The notes below the pieces were generated by a model that searched no databases, was not told the origin of the DNA, and saw nothing but the letters and a program-made list of their open reading frames with translations. From a virus, in the IMG/VR virus record IMGVR_UViG_3300025669_000020, positions 32,001 to 96,000 of that record: a DNA stretch of 64,000 bases. One strand, 5' to 3'. This document shows, one piece after another, positions 10,211 through 19,414 of the stretch (the stretch's first letter is position 1; each line of letters begins with the position of its first letter). A program made the translations under genes and the position numbers.

Positions 10211-11338
10211 ATGCAGATCACCGTTGACAGAGAGATCCTGCAGAGTGCCATCGATAGCGTCAATGCCGCCGTCGAGGATTCTGCGGAAGACATCCACTCC
10301 CATTTCCTGTTCAGGGTTCGGGAGGGTAAGGGTGACATCCTTGCCAGTAACGGAACCCGTGTCTTTGCGGGTGTTCTCGTAAATGACGGTTTCGAGTGCG
10401 ACACCGACAGTGGGATGTTCAGCGTCAAGGCATGGCGTATCCGCCAGCTTCTGAAGTCCATGAAGAGCGAGAAGGTCACCTTCAAGGTGGATGGGTTCAA
10501 CATCACGGTGCCTGACAGCAGGGGCGAGGTCACCTACTCTTCCCTGGATCCCTCCAGCTTCCCCTTCTGGGATCAGCAGTTCGAGGATGCCAAGCTGGTC
10601 GCCAAGATCACCGCGTCTCGGCTCCATGCTGCTTTCGGGTACACCAAGAACTTCATCTCTGACCGTGAGAACCAGACCCCTGCTCTGGCTGCCATGGAGG
10701 CCCGTGAGGGTGCTCTGTGGGCTACGGATCAGGTTGCTGTGTCCATGGTCTCTGTCAAGGGCATGGAGGAATCGGGCCTGTCCATCCATCGGAACGATGT
10801 GGGCAAGGTCATGAATTTCCTCCAGGCCAATGCCTCCGATGAGGTAGAGGTGCGTGAGCATGACCGCTGCACCCTTTTCGTGCGGGCTGATGGTGGTGTC
10901 CTGGGTGTGACTCGGTGGCAGTATGCGTTCCCAGCTCTGAAGCTCCAGAAGGACGGCCCCGTGAAGTGCTCCTTCACCGTGGATGCCGAAGAATTGAAGC
11001 GCCAGATCAACTTCCTGACATCTGCTGCCAAGAAGAACGATCCCCGCATCACTTTCAAGTACAAGCAGGGCGAGGACGCCCTCATCCTGGAAGTGGCCTC
11101 AGCCTTTGCGGGCAAGGTTGGTCGTACCACCCTGGACATCACTGCCCAGGACGGGATGGGAGAATTCCCAGAGGCGGGCTTCATCCTGAACCATGGCTAC
11201 ATCTCCAAGATCATGACCCACTTCGGGGAAGAGTCCCTGAACATGGGCATCAACTGGACAAACAAGAATGGTTGGGTGGTCTTCCGCCACAAGCAGGAAG
11301 AGGATGACTACCTCACGGTCGTGGTGTGGCTGAAGTAG
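10211..11338 (+). CDS. dnaN: DNA polymerase III beta-like sliding clamp
   Basis: ~375 aa, MQITVDREIL..AI, LDPSSFP, WATD, LNHGYI..I three-domain pattern; near dnaX. Confidence 0.75.
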   Translation: MQITVDREILQSAIDSVNAAVEDSAEDIHSHFLFRVREGKGDILASNGTRVFAGVLVNDGFECDTDSGMFSVKAWRIRQLLKSMKSEKVTFKVDGFNITVPDSRGEVTYSSLDPSSFPFWDQQFEDAKLVAKITASRLHAAFGYTKNFISDRENQTPALAAMEAREGALWATDQVAVSMVSVKGMEESGLSIHRNDVGKVMNFLQANASDEVEVREHDRCTLFVRADGGVLGVTRWQYAFPALKLQKDGPVKCSFTVDAEELKRQINFLTSAAKKNDPRITFKYKQGEDALILEVASAFAGKVGRTTLDITAQDGMGEFPEAGFILNHGYISKIMTHFGEESLNMGINWTNKNGWVVFRHKQEEDDYLTVVVWLK

Positions 11339-11964
11339 CCGCCAGAATCCCGGCTCTCCGGTCACGGCTGGATCGCGTTCTCGGTGTTCGGGATGGGGTA
11401 GCAACCCGTCTGCAGAGCACCGAGACTGAGATCGCACGTCTGGAAAAGGAAGAGCAGCTGCTGGACATGGTATCCAACCTGTTCCGCACCCTCATTGACA
11501 CTGAAGTCACCGAGGGGGTCAAGGCTGTAGAGCAGCTCCTGACGGAAGGGCTTCAAGCTGTTTTCGATGACCAAGACCTCAGTGTGCGTTCCGAGGTCAG
11601 CATCAAGAAGGGCAAGGTCAGTGTGGATTTCATCACTGTGCAGCGGCATCCTGATGGGTCTGTCACAGAAGGGCTCAGCAGGGAGGCTTTCGGCGGTGCT
11701 GTGACCACGGTGCAATCCGTGCTCCTTCGGATCCTGGTGGTTCTCCGCCGTGGTATGCGTCCTTTGCTGCTACTGGATGAGAGCCTTCCCGCTTTCGACC
11801 CCAACTATGTTCACAACATGGGTAGATTCATACAGCTTCTCTGCAAGCGGCTTCAGGTAGATCTTCTCTTGGTCACCCATAATCCCGCTCTAGTGGAAGC
11901 CTCCAACGTCGGGTATGAGATACAGAAGCGGGGCGGTGCTGCTCAGTTTCGCAAGACCCGATAG
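11326..11964 (+). CDS. SbcC/Rad50-like ATPase, C-terminal half
   Basis: Short coiled coil, degenerate signature FGGA, Walker B LLLDE, D-loop AFD, H-loop VTH. Confidence 0.85.
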   Translation: MAEVAARIPALRSRLDRVLGVRDGVATRLQSTETEIARLEKEEQLLDMVSNLFRTLIDTEVTEGVKAVEQLLTEGLQAVFDDQDLSVRSEVSIKKGKVSVDFITVQRHPDGSVTEGLSREAFGGAVTTVQSVLLRILVVLRRGMRPLLLLDESLPAFDPNYVHNMGRFIQLLCKRLQVDLLLVTHNPALVEASNVGYEIQKRGGAAQFRKTR

Positions 11965-11973
11965 AGGTGCTGT

Positions 11974-12534
11974 ATGAAGAACTCTGGTGAGATCAGGCAG
12001 AAGGTCAAGCAAGTCCGCTACCGCTATCTGAAGAAGGCGTTGGATCGGAAGCTCCGCACATCCCCCGATACATGCCGCTTCAATGGGCAGCATGAGGACT
12101 GCGGGTATCAGTGTTGCCAGCACCGGATGGCAGATGAGGGGTGGAATGGCATCGTCTGTGATGAGAAGTTGGATGGTAGGGAGCGCTCTTTGCTGTGCCT
12201 CCACTTTGAGTTGAAGCACAGCAAAGAAGCCATCAAGGAGGCTTTGGACAGTTTCCTCAAGACAGCTCCTATTCAGGAGATCGCTTTCCATTTCCCCGAC
12301 CTTGCGGCCCTTCTCTGGGTGCTGGATGGGGAGAGTGGTTTGCGGAATACTGAGGTAGAGCTGGACTTCCAGGACTCCGAGCCCAATCCCAAGCCCGACA
12401 TGGAACCTGAAAACGAGCAAACCCCCGCACTTCTCCCCGTAGATGACACCTCTATCCTGCATGTGCAGGATGTGGTGGAGCCCGTGTCAGGGTGGAAGGG
12501 GTGGTTCCGCCAAATCTTTGGAGGTGGCTCATGA
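11974..12534 (+). CDS. hypothetical Cys-rich protein
   Basis: C..C..CC..C..C cluster and acidic tail. Confidence 0.65.
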   Translation: MKNSGEIRQKVKQVRYRYLKKALDRKLRTSPDTCRFNGQHEDCGYQCCQHRMADEGWNGIVCDEKLDGRERSLLCLHFELKHSKEAIKEALDSFLKTAPIQEIAFHFPDLAALLWVLDGESGLRNTEVELDFQDSEPNPKPDMEPENEQTPALLPVDDTSILHVQDVVEPVSGWKGWFRQIFGGGS

Positions 12535-13094
12535 AGGGTCCATCCGGTCTGCTGTCTGTGGCCAATTTCGACCAAGAGAACTTGAAAGAGCACACGCTTC
12601 TCCTGATGGAATTCCAGGTGAACCCGGAGACAGCTCCCTACCTTGTGTCCTCATCCGCATCCGTGATGTGGCTTCGCAGGGCTCATGGGGGTCGTGTGCG
12701 TGCCGCTGTCCGTGAGGTGTCTGTCTCTGATTACTACCGGGAGGTAGTGACAGAGGTGTACACCATGGGCACAGAGGCAGAGTGGGGCAACACTGCACCG
12801 CTGACCTTGGAAGGGGTGGAGACCTGTGTACAGCACTTGCACTCCTATGACCTGGCGAAGGTCACTGTGCTCTCCCACGAGGATGTCCCGTGGGAGTCCT
12901 GGGGAGTGCCTGTGGATGAGCCCTGGAACGGGGCCGAGATCGTGCTGACCTCTTGGATGCCACCTGGGATGGTGGTAGTCGTGCCAGAGGATCGCGGTTT
13001 TGTGGGGACCATCTGGAAGGTTGGGACACACAAGATCCTCTCTGTCATCCACAACGCCAGTCGTGGCATGGCCGTGGCTTGGGATGGGAAATGA
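12531..13094 (+). CDS. truncated paralog of the major capsid protein
   Basis: Colinear similarity to 52087..52962 (see findings). Confidence 0.55.
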   Translation: MKGPSGLLSVANFDQENLKEHTLLLMEFQVNPETAPYLVSSSASVMWLRRAHGGRVRAAVREVSVSDYYREVVTEVYTMGTEAEWGNTAPLTLEGVETCVQHLHSYDLAKVTVLSHEDVPWESWGVPVDEPWNGAEIVLTSWMPPGMVVVVPEDRGFVGTIWKVGTHKILSVIHNASRGMAVAWDGK

Positions 13095-13819
13095 AAAAGT
13101 GGCTCCAGGAGAGAACCCGAGAGGCATTGGAACTCTCGGATGCCCTGGAGGGTCATCTCATGGGTCGGGGGATCAAGTACAAGACCATCAAGGACTTGTT
13201 CTTGGGAGAGTGGGGCAGGGACAGGGATGACGCTGAGACGGCACCTGACCCCGTGTTCCGTGAGCGGTACGGGCGGAAGGGTAAACCTCTTGCGGGCTCT
13301 CTGGTGTGCCCTCTGTTCAGCCCCAGGGGTTACCTGATAGGGGCGGAATTCCGTGCATGGCAGGGGCCAAAGGCTCTTTCCCGCTACCTCCTTCCTGAAG
13401 CGGCTTGGAACCCTATCCTGGTGGGGTTCCCGAAGGCGATGTCCAAGATATGGGATGGTGGGGATGTGTGGGTTGGAGAGGGCATCTTCGACATGTGTGC
13501 CTTGGAGCATGTCGTACCCCCACAGGATGCCCTGGTGGCTACGGTCAGAGCCAAGCTGACCAACAAGCACGTCGAGTTTCTGCGTCGGCATGTACGGGGG
13601 ACGGTGTATATGGTCTATGATCGGGACGAAACAGGCAGGAGGGCGACAAAGGGGTGGGTAGATGACACGGGGAAGCGTCGTTGGGGGGCTCTGGATGTGC
13701 TGAACCGGGTAGGGGTCTCATGTAGGGATGTCCCCTACATCGGTGGAAAGGATCCCGGTGAAATCTGGGAGCGCTCTGGCACAGAGGGTCTCAGAGATGC
13801 TTTCGGCGGGATTTTCTAA
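13091..13819 (+). CDS. DnaG-type primase catalytic (TOPRIM) domain
   Basis: GEGIFD, YDRDETG, KDPGE; no N-terminal zinc-binding domain. Confidence 0.8.
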   Translation: MKKWLQERTREALELSDALEGHLMGRGIKYKTIKDLFLGEWGRDRDDAETAPDPVFRERYGRKGKPLAGSLVCPLFSPRGYLIGAEFRAWQGPKALSRYLLPEAAWNPILVGFPKAMSKIWDGGDVWVGEGIFDMCALEHVVPPQDALVATVRAKLTNKHVEFLRRHVRGTVYMVYDRDETGRRATKGWVDDTGKRRWGALDVLNRVGVSCRDVPYIGGKDPGEIWERSGTEGLRDAFGGIF

Positions 13820-13834
13820 TTACGGGAGTCTGTT

Positions 13835-14338
13835 ATGGAAATGTGGAAGGCCAGCAAGGAAGTCGTGGATCGTGTTCAGGAGATGATCCGGGAATACCAC
13901 CCTGACCTGGTGATCGTCATGGACGAGATCGCCATCGTGTTCAAGGAGAAGGCTGCCAAGCGTGGTGGCAAGGTCATCCTGGGCAAGGCCAGCAAGGCGA
14001 ACCCTTTGTTCTCCAGTGGTGTCCTCTCGGAGCAGCCCTGGAAGTTCATCATCGAGCTGCCCGCCGATGAGTGGGAGACCCTGGGCAACCGGAAGCAGTC
14101 GGCCCTCCTGGACCGTCATCTGTGCGCGTGCCGCACCGAAGAGAACGCCGAAACGGGCGAGCTGAAGTGCAGCATCGCGCCTCCCGACGTGGCCTACTAC
14201 TGGGATGAGCTGGATCGCTGGGGCGACTGGCACCCCCGTGAGGAAGGCGACGAGGACAAGCCCAACATCATCAACGTGCTCTCGGGAGCCACCGATGGTG
14301 CAGCTGCCGTGGTCGTTGCTGAAGAGGCAGAGGAGTAG
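13835..14338 (+). CDS. putative phage metallopeptidase-family protein, catalytic motif degenerate
   Basis: GKVILGKA, FIIEL..W..L...ALLD family pattern, but DRHLCAC in place of DHELxH. Confidence 0.6.
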   Translation: MEMWKASKEVVDRVQEMIREYHPDLVIVMDEIAIVFKEKAAKRGGKVILGKASKANPLFSSGVLSEQPWKFIIELPADEWETLGNRKQSALLDRHLCACRTEENAETGELKCSIAPPDVAYYWDELDRWGDWHPREEGDEDKPNIINVLSGATDGAAAVVVAEEAEE

Positions 14339-14583
14339 ACGATGCCCGCCGCTGTCAAGCCCGGCTGGAAGCTGCCTCCGCCCCCTGTGGCGGGGCACTG
14401 CCCTCCTACTATTTCGATAATGGGGACTGTCAGCTCTGGTGGGTGATCCCTACTGTGGATGCCTACGATCTTGTCCAGCAGGATGGGGAGATCGAGTGGC
14501 CTTTCACGGATGACTATGCACACAAGTGCGATCTTGACCCGCTCGGGTTCTACGATCTGGAAGACCTCCCCGAGGTTGTGTGA

Positions 14584-14829
14584 ATGATGCTCCCCACGAC
14601 TGCCGCGCAACTTCTACGAGAACAAGCCCGGCTGAGTGCGGCGGAGACGAAACAACGTGCTGAGGGAAAGGCCAAGAAGTGTCTTTTCCTCGCACAGTTG
14701 CTCCTTCCTCATGTCGAACTCCCTCTGGTCGAAGACCAGGCAGTGGATTTGATGGATGTCCCCGATGATGTGATGGAGAGGACCCTTCACAGAATAGCCG
14801 CTCAAAGGTGCGTTATAGAGGAAACATAG
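14584..14829 (+). CDS. hypothetical protein
   Basis: 81-aa ORF abutting dnaX. Confidence 0.55.
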   Translation: MMLPTTAAQLLREQARLSAAETKQRAEGKAKKCLFLAQLLLPHVELPLVEDQAVDLMDVPDDVMERTLHRIAAQRCVIEET

Positions 14830-16305
14830 ATGGCATTGGATACTAAATATCGCCCCCTGACGTTCTCCGAGGTTGTGGGGCAAGAGTCCCACGTCCGAGT
14901 GCTGAGGCAGATTGTCCTCCAGGGGACAGGGTTTCATCAGAGCTATGTGTTCTGTGGTGGACATGGGTCAGGCAAGACCACGTTGGGTCGTATCCTAGCC
15001 CGTGCCCTTCTGTGTGAGAGCCCCGTAGAGGGCAACCCCTGTGACGAGTGTGCCTCTTGCCTGGAGATCCTGGAGACGGGTTCCAGTGAGTGCTTCACCG
15101 AGTTCGATGCCGCAACGAACTCCGGTAAGGACGACATCAAGCAGTTGGTGGAGGCCGTCCAGTACGACACCCTCTCGGGCAAACAGCGGCTGTACCTCAT
15201 TGATGAGTCTCACCGGCTCTCCAAGCAGGCATTGGATGCCCTCCTCAAGCCCATGGAGGACACGGTTGCAAAGAGTGGGAACAAGAGGCTGGTCTGCATC
15301 TTCTGCACCACCGAGCCTGAGAGGATGGTCGGCACCATTTTCTCCCGTTGTGCCCCTGCCTTCGTGATCCGTAATGTTGACCCGCAGAGCATTGCGAAGC
15401 GGTTGGAGTACATCTGTGAGCATGAGGGGATCACCTATGATCCTGCTTCTTTGGTGCTCATCGCGGAGATCACGGAGTCCCATATCCGCGATGCCATCAA
15501 GACCATGGCGGGTGTGGCAACGCTGGGGTCGGTGAATGTCGAAAACACCAAGGTGTACCTGAGACTGGATACCCATGGGACATATCTCCAGATCCTGGCT
15601 GCCATCGGCAAAGACCTGCCCCAAGTTCTTAGGTTGGCAGACACCTTGAGTGAGGCAGTGTCTCCCTCCACCTGTTACAAAAAGCTGGCCGAGTTTTCTA
15701 TGCTGGCCTACAAGGTTTCATTGGGTGCGGTGGCACCCCCGACGTACATCAAGGCTGAGCATCTGAAGAAGATTGGGCAGTACCATGGTGAGAAGCTCCT
15801 GTGGTTCTGCAAGGTGTTCTCTTCCAAGATGGGGCACCCTACTCCGTATGTGCTGGCCTGTGATCTGGCCATGCTCCACCACCAGCGGTGCGGCTCTTGG
15901 GCATCGGCTACAGCGGTGCAATTGCCAACGGCGGGAAGTCGTGCCAAAGTGACTACAAGCACGATCCCCTCTACTACTGAAGAGAATTCTGGGACGGAAC
16001 CCGATCCGGTCGAAGAATCCACTGCAGTTTTGGAAAATTCCGGTAAGGTAGAGGAACCAGTTTTCCCTAACCCTACTGGGAGTTCTGCCCGCACCACCAA
16101 GGGTGGTGTTTTTCTGGAGCAGAAAGCCGTTAAGAGGAAGAATGCCCCTGAAACAACCCCGGAAGGTTCTTTGCCTCCTTTGGGCGTTCCCGTTTTTCGG
16201 GATCTCCTGCAACGTCGTGTGAACGAGCTTCGTAAGAATGCCCAGCAATACAGATCAGCGGGACGAACAGACATGGGTGGTCCTGGAACTGACCCGAACG
16301 GGTGA
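14830..16305 (+). CDS. dnaX: DNA polymerase III gamma/tau-like clamp loader
   Basis: KYRPLTFSEVVGQ, GSGKTT, CDECASC, DAATNSG, IDESHRLS, SRC. Confidence 0.93.
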   Translation: MALDTKYRPLTFSEVVGQESHVRVLRQIVLQGTGFHQSYVFCGGHGSGKTTLGRILARALLCESPVEGNPCDECASCLEILETGSSECFTEFDAATNSGKDDIKQLVEAVQYDTLSGKQRLYLIDESHRLSKQALDALLKPMEDTVAKSGNKRLVCIFCTTEPERMVGTIFSRCAPAFVIRNVDPQSIAKRLEYICEHEGITYDPASLVLIAEITESHIRDAIKTMAGVATLGSVNVENTKVYLRLDTHGTYLQILAAIGKDLPQVLRLADTLSEAVSPSTCYKKLAEFSMLAYKVSLGAVAPPTYIKAEHLKKIGQYHGEKLLWFCKVFSSKMGHPTPYVLACDLAMLHHQRCGSWASATAVQLPTAGSRAKVTTSTIPSTTEENSGTEPDPVEESTAVLENSGKVEEPVFPNPTGSSARTTKGGVFLEQKAVKRKNAPETTPEGSLPPLGVPVFRDLLQRRVNELRKNAQQYRSAGRTDMGGPGTDPNG

Positions 16306-16789
16306 GGCTCGTGTAGAAGAGGGGGACCTGGGCGGGGTCTTGCAGGATGCACTCAAGGTGGGGAAGAACCACCCTGTTTTCATTCCTGCAATGGTCTATG
16401 CACGGGGGAACCGTAGAGTGGTCATTCACTTGATGGAGGGGTACGCATTTATAGCCAGTGGCCTCCCAGATGTGGAGTATTTCAAGCTGGAGCATCATTG
16501 CCCCCATGTGCGGCAAGTCCTCACTGTAGAAGACCCTCACAAGATGCGTGTCCTCAGTGTGGTTCCCAACTCCAGCATTCAGGATATGCGACGCAGCCTG
16601 CACGAGCAGATCGCGTCCGACATCAAGAGGGGGATGCACGTGAACATCACAGAGGGGCTCTACTCAGCTCTGGACGGCGAGGTTTTGGAGGTGGGCGAGC
16701 AAAACGCCCATGTCCGTATCACCCTTCGATCCTTGGATTTGATAGTGCGGATCCCAAGGGTGTTCTTGTCTCCGGAGGATCCAGAATGA
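16238..16789 (+). CDS. NusG/RfaH-like transcription factor (NGN + KOW)
   Basis: WVVL, VFIP, LMEGYAFI; KOW GMHVNITEGLYSALDGEV. Confidence 0.85.
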   Translation: MPSNTDQRDEQTWVVLELTRTGEARVEEGDLGGVLQDALKVGKNHPVFIPAMVYARGNRRVVIHLMEGYAFIASGLPDVEYFKLEHHCPHVRQVLTVEDPHKMRVLSVVPNSSIQDMRRSLHEQIASDIKRGMHVNITEGLYSALDGEVLEVGEQNAHVRITLRSLDLIVRIPRVFLSPEDPE

Positions 16790-17400
16790 GTCGTAATTGG
16801 TGGTCAGGCCACAAAGTTATCGATCCCGCCGAAATGGAGGCACGCTTTGCCAACGAAGACGGGATGGCTTTTCTGGATGCCGTGGTCAATGAGGAGTTGT
16901 CCAAAGAAGGCCAGGAGATGCTGGATAGGGTGAAGGGTGTCCTGGACTCCCTCCCCGCACGAGAAGCAGACTTCATTGACCTCTACTACTTCAAGCGTCT
17001 CAAACAGACAGACATCGCTACCATCTTCAAGGTATCCCAACCCACTGTCTGCTACAGGCTCCAACGAGCAGCCCACCGCATCCGCTTCCTGTTGTCGCTC
17101 CCAGAGATTGAAGAGCAAGCCCTGGTCGATGCTGTGCAGGAAAACCTGGAAGACCCCCTGGACTCGAACATCATGGTGCTCATGTACCACACCACCTGCC
17201 AGTCCGAGGTGGCAAAACGACTCGGTGTCAGCCAGGGCCTGGTACGCCACCGCTTCATTCGTTCTATCGGGAGGCTCTCCAAGATCGAGGGCTTGGAGGA
17301 CTATGTGGAGCTGTTCCAAGCCATCTCCACCAACCTGAACATCCTCCGCGAAGTTCAGCGCCCCACCTGGGGTGCCCAGGTCACGCATATCCTGGGGTAG
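16786..17400 (+). CDS. protein with two tandem sigma-70 region 4-like HTH domains
   Basis: LDSLPAREADFIDLYY..LKQTDIA.IF.VSQPTV and second QSEVAKRLGVSQGLV; ATGA overlap with the nusG-like stop. Confidence 0.75.
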   Translation: MSRNWWSGHKVIDPAEMEARFANEDGMAFLDAVVNEELSKEGQEMLDRVKGVLDSLPAREADFIDLYYFKRLKQTDIATIFKVSQPTVCYRLQRAAHRIRFLLSLPEIEEQALVDAVQENLEDPLDSNIMVLMYHTTCQSEVAKRLGVSQGLVRHRFIRSIGRLSKIEGLEDYVELFQAISTNLNILREVQRPTWGAQVTHILG

Positions 17401-17401
17401 T

Positions 17402-17432
17402 CGGTTATCCTTCTATGTCCTCGCAGGGGTAG
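17402..17432 (+). promoter_or_regulatory. class B (late) promoter-like motif CGGTT-N6-CTAT-N11-GGTAG
   Basis: Recurrent intergenic motif upstream of late genes. Confidence 0.6.
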
Positions 17433-17446
17433 TACCTTGTGAGGAA

Positions 17447-17767
17447 ATGATGTCTGAACAGAACCTAGCACCAGAGAGCAGAATCGTGATGGCCAAGGAT
17501 TTGGCCACGCGATGGTTGCAAGCCCGAACACGCCCTGAGTACCGCATGCAGGTGTACTACGGGGCGCGTGAGGTGAAGGGCATCCCCAACCTTCTGAAGA
17601 GCTTCCGCGATGGGAAGATTCGCATGGGGTCTGTGGAACCCCTGGGAGATCTCGGAATCGATGAGCACTTCGACTCGATCACCGTGTGGTCGTCCAACCG
17701 TGTAGCCCTGATGGGCCTCAAGGACTGGTTCGAGACACGGGGGTTCGAGACAACAGGGGTGTGGTAG
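17447..17767 (+). CDS. hypothetical late protein (N-terminal LATRWL motif)
   Basis: GAGG RBS, first gene after a class B motif. Confidence 0.7.
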   Translation: MMSEQNLAPESRIVMAKDLATRWLQARTRPEYRMQVYYGAREVKGIPNLLKSFRDGKIRMGSVEPLGDLGIDEHFDSITVWSSNRVALMGLKDWFETRGFETTGVW

Positions 17768-18199
17768 ATGGCAGCCACCAGGCTCGGACTCGAATCCACC
17801 TACCGTTCCCCCTCCACGGGGTCGGTCTACTACACCTTCATTATCACCTCCGACGTGTCGGGGAACGTGTCGGTACGGGACATCCAAGGCCCCTATGGGC
17901 TCATTGTGGACACCCTGACCGATGTTCCCTCCTCCGTCATTGCGGACATCACAACCGCTATCAACGCAGTGGAGGCCATTTTGGCTGGCATCTCTTCCAC
18001 CAGTGGCAGCGTGACGTTCGCAGCCGAGACTTCCCAGGCAGTGGTGTTCAGCACCGCTCTGGCTGACGCCACCTACCGCGTCTACACCAATACGGCGGAG
18101 TTCGTGCCTGTGAAGATCACGAGCAAGGCTACCACTGGGTTCACCATCGAAATCGGTGTGACCTTCACCGGAACCGTCTACTACGACGTGCTCGTGTAG
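17768..18199 (+). CDS. virion structural protein, beta-rich
   Basis: T/S/V/G-rich; C-terminal VVFSTALADATYRV..SKATTGFTI domain shared with the next ORF. Confidence 0.6.
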   Translation: MAATRLGLESTYRSPSTGSVYYTFIITSDVSGNVSVRDIQGPYGLIVDTLTDVPSSVIADITTAINAVEAILAGISSTSGSVTFAAETSQAVVFSTALADATYRVYTNTAEFVPVKITSKATTGFTIEIGVTFTGTVYYDVLV

Positions 18200-18209
18200 A
18201 GAGGGCCTG

Positions 18210-19412
18210 ATGGCACAAACCCCATTCCAAGTAGATGCACTCCAGATCGAGCCGGGCTCTGGTGATACCCTGACAATCAGTCGGGATGCCACTGCAGGAG
18301 CGATGAAGCTCCTCGATGCGGTCCTCACCTCGGGGATCCTACTCCCCGATCTTTCGGGACTGCGGAACATCACGGGTGTTCATATCGTCGGTTCAGCTGG
18401 GACAGGAGCCAAGTACACCGCAATCCAAGACGGTGTCGACGCCGTGGCTGTTACGGCGGACGTGGATGCCCCTGAGCTGGTCCTGGTCCTCACCGGGGTC
18501 TACACCGAGAACCTGCTCATCCAGAAGGATGGGGTCGTCATCATGGGCCAGGGCCTGGTCCGGGTCACCCCCGACAACACCGCCAGTCCTACTGTGACCA
18601 TCTCGACAGCGGTCGGCACGACACCGAACTACACGATGTTGAAGAACCTCACCGTGGAGCATCCCACCGCCGGCGAGGTTTGTGTCTCTATCGCGGGGGG
18701 AGCCGCCTCCGTTGTGGGCTCCACAGGCATCTACATCGATGGCTGCAACATCGTGGCCTCAGGGGTAGGCACCTATCAGGTGGATGCAGACACCGTGAAC
18801 AACGTCTACATCCGGGGTGGCACCTGGGCAGGTTCCAGTTCCAGTGCTGTCTGTCAGGCTGCCAACTGTGCCCTCTTCTATGTGTCCAACGTGGAAGAGA
18901 CACAGAACTTCCAGGTCAGCTACGACACCGCTGCTGCCCGCCCGCTGACCACCACGTCGGCTTACCGGCTGTGGAACCTGGGGTCTGCAACAGACCTCCT
19001 CTCCAGCCTCTCCGGTGCAGGTAGCCTGACCATCAGTGGCTGCCCCTCCATGGGGAATGTGGCCCAGGCAGGGGACAGAGCCCTGACCCTCAACTACAGC
19101 CGCGTTGGAACCCTCACCCTGGACGACACTACCGCAGGAACCTTGTTGGGTTCGACACGGGGTGTGGCTGCTGGAAACGGCACCCTCCAAGAGGACTCCC
19201 TGACCAGCACCTCGGTGTTTGCGGCAGAGGGGGTGGCAGGCAAGACCATCACCTTCGCAGTGGATCAGCCTGACACGGACTACGCTGTGTTCCTGGACTG
19301 GACGGGCACAGAATCCGTGCGTGTGTCCAGCAAGACAGCTGCCAACTTCGTCATCACCACATCTGGCAACATCACCGGGTCGTTGTTCTACACCGTCAAC
19401 CGGGAGATCTGA
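18210..19412 (+). CDS. virion appendage protein with beta-helix (pectate-lyase-like) domain
   Basis: YTAIQDGVDA..GVYTENL beta-helix cap; C-terminal ITFAVDQPDTDYAV..SKTAANFVI. Confidence 0.65.
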   Translation: MAQTPFQVDALQIEPGSGDTLTISRDATAGAMKLLDAVLTSGILLPDLSGLRNITGVHIVGSAGTGAKYTAIQDGVDAVAVTADVDAPELVLVLTGVYTENLLIQKDGVVIMGQGLVRVTPDNTASPTVTISTAVGTTPNYTMLKNLTVEHPTAGEVCVSIAGGAASVVGSTGIYIDGCNIVASGVGTYQVDADTVNNVYIRGGTWAGSSSSAVCQAANCALFYVSNVEETQNFQVSYDTAAARPLTTTSAYRLWNLGSATDLLSSLSGAGSLTISGCPSMGNVAQAGDRALTLNYSRVGTLTLDDTTAGTLLGSTRGVAAGNGTLQEDSLTSTSVFAAEGVAGKTITFAVDQPDTDYAVFLDWTGTESVRVSSKTAANFVITTSGNITGSLFYTVNREI

Positions 19413-19414
19413 TC

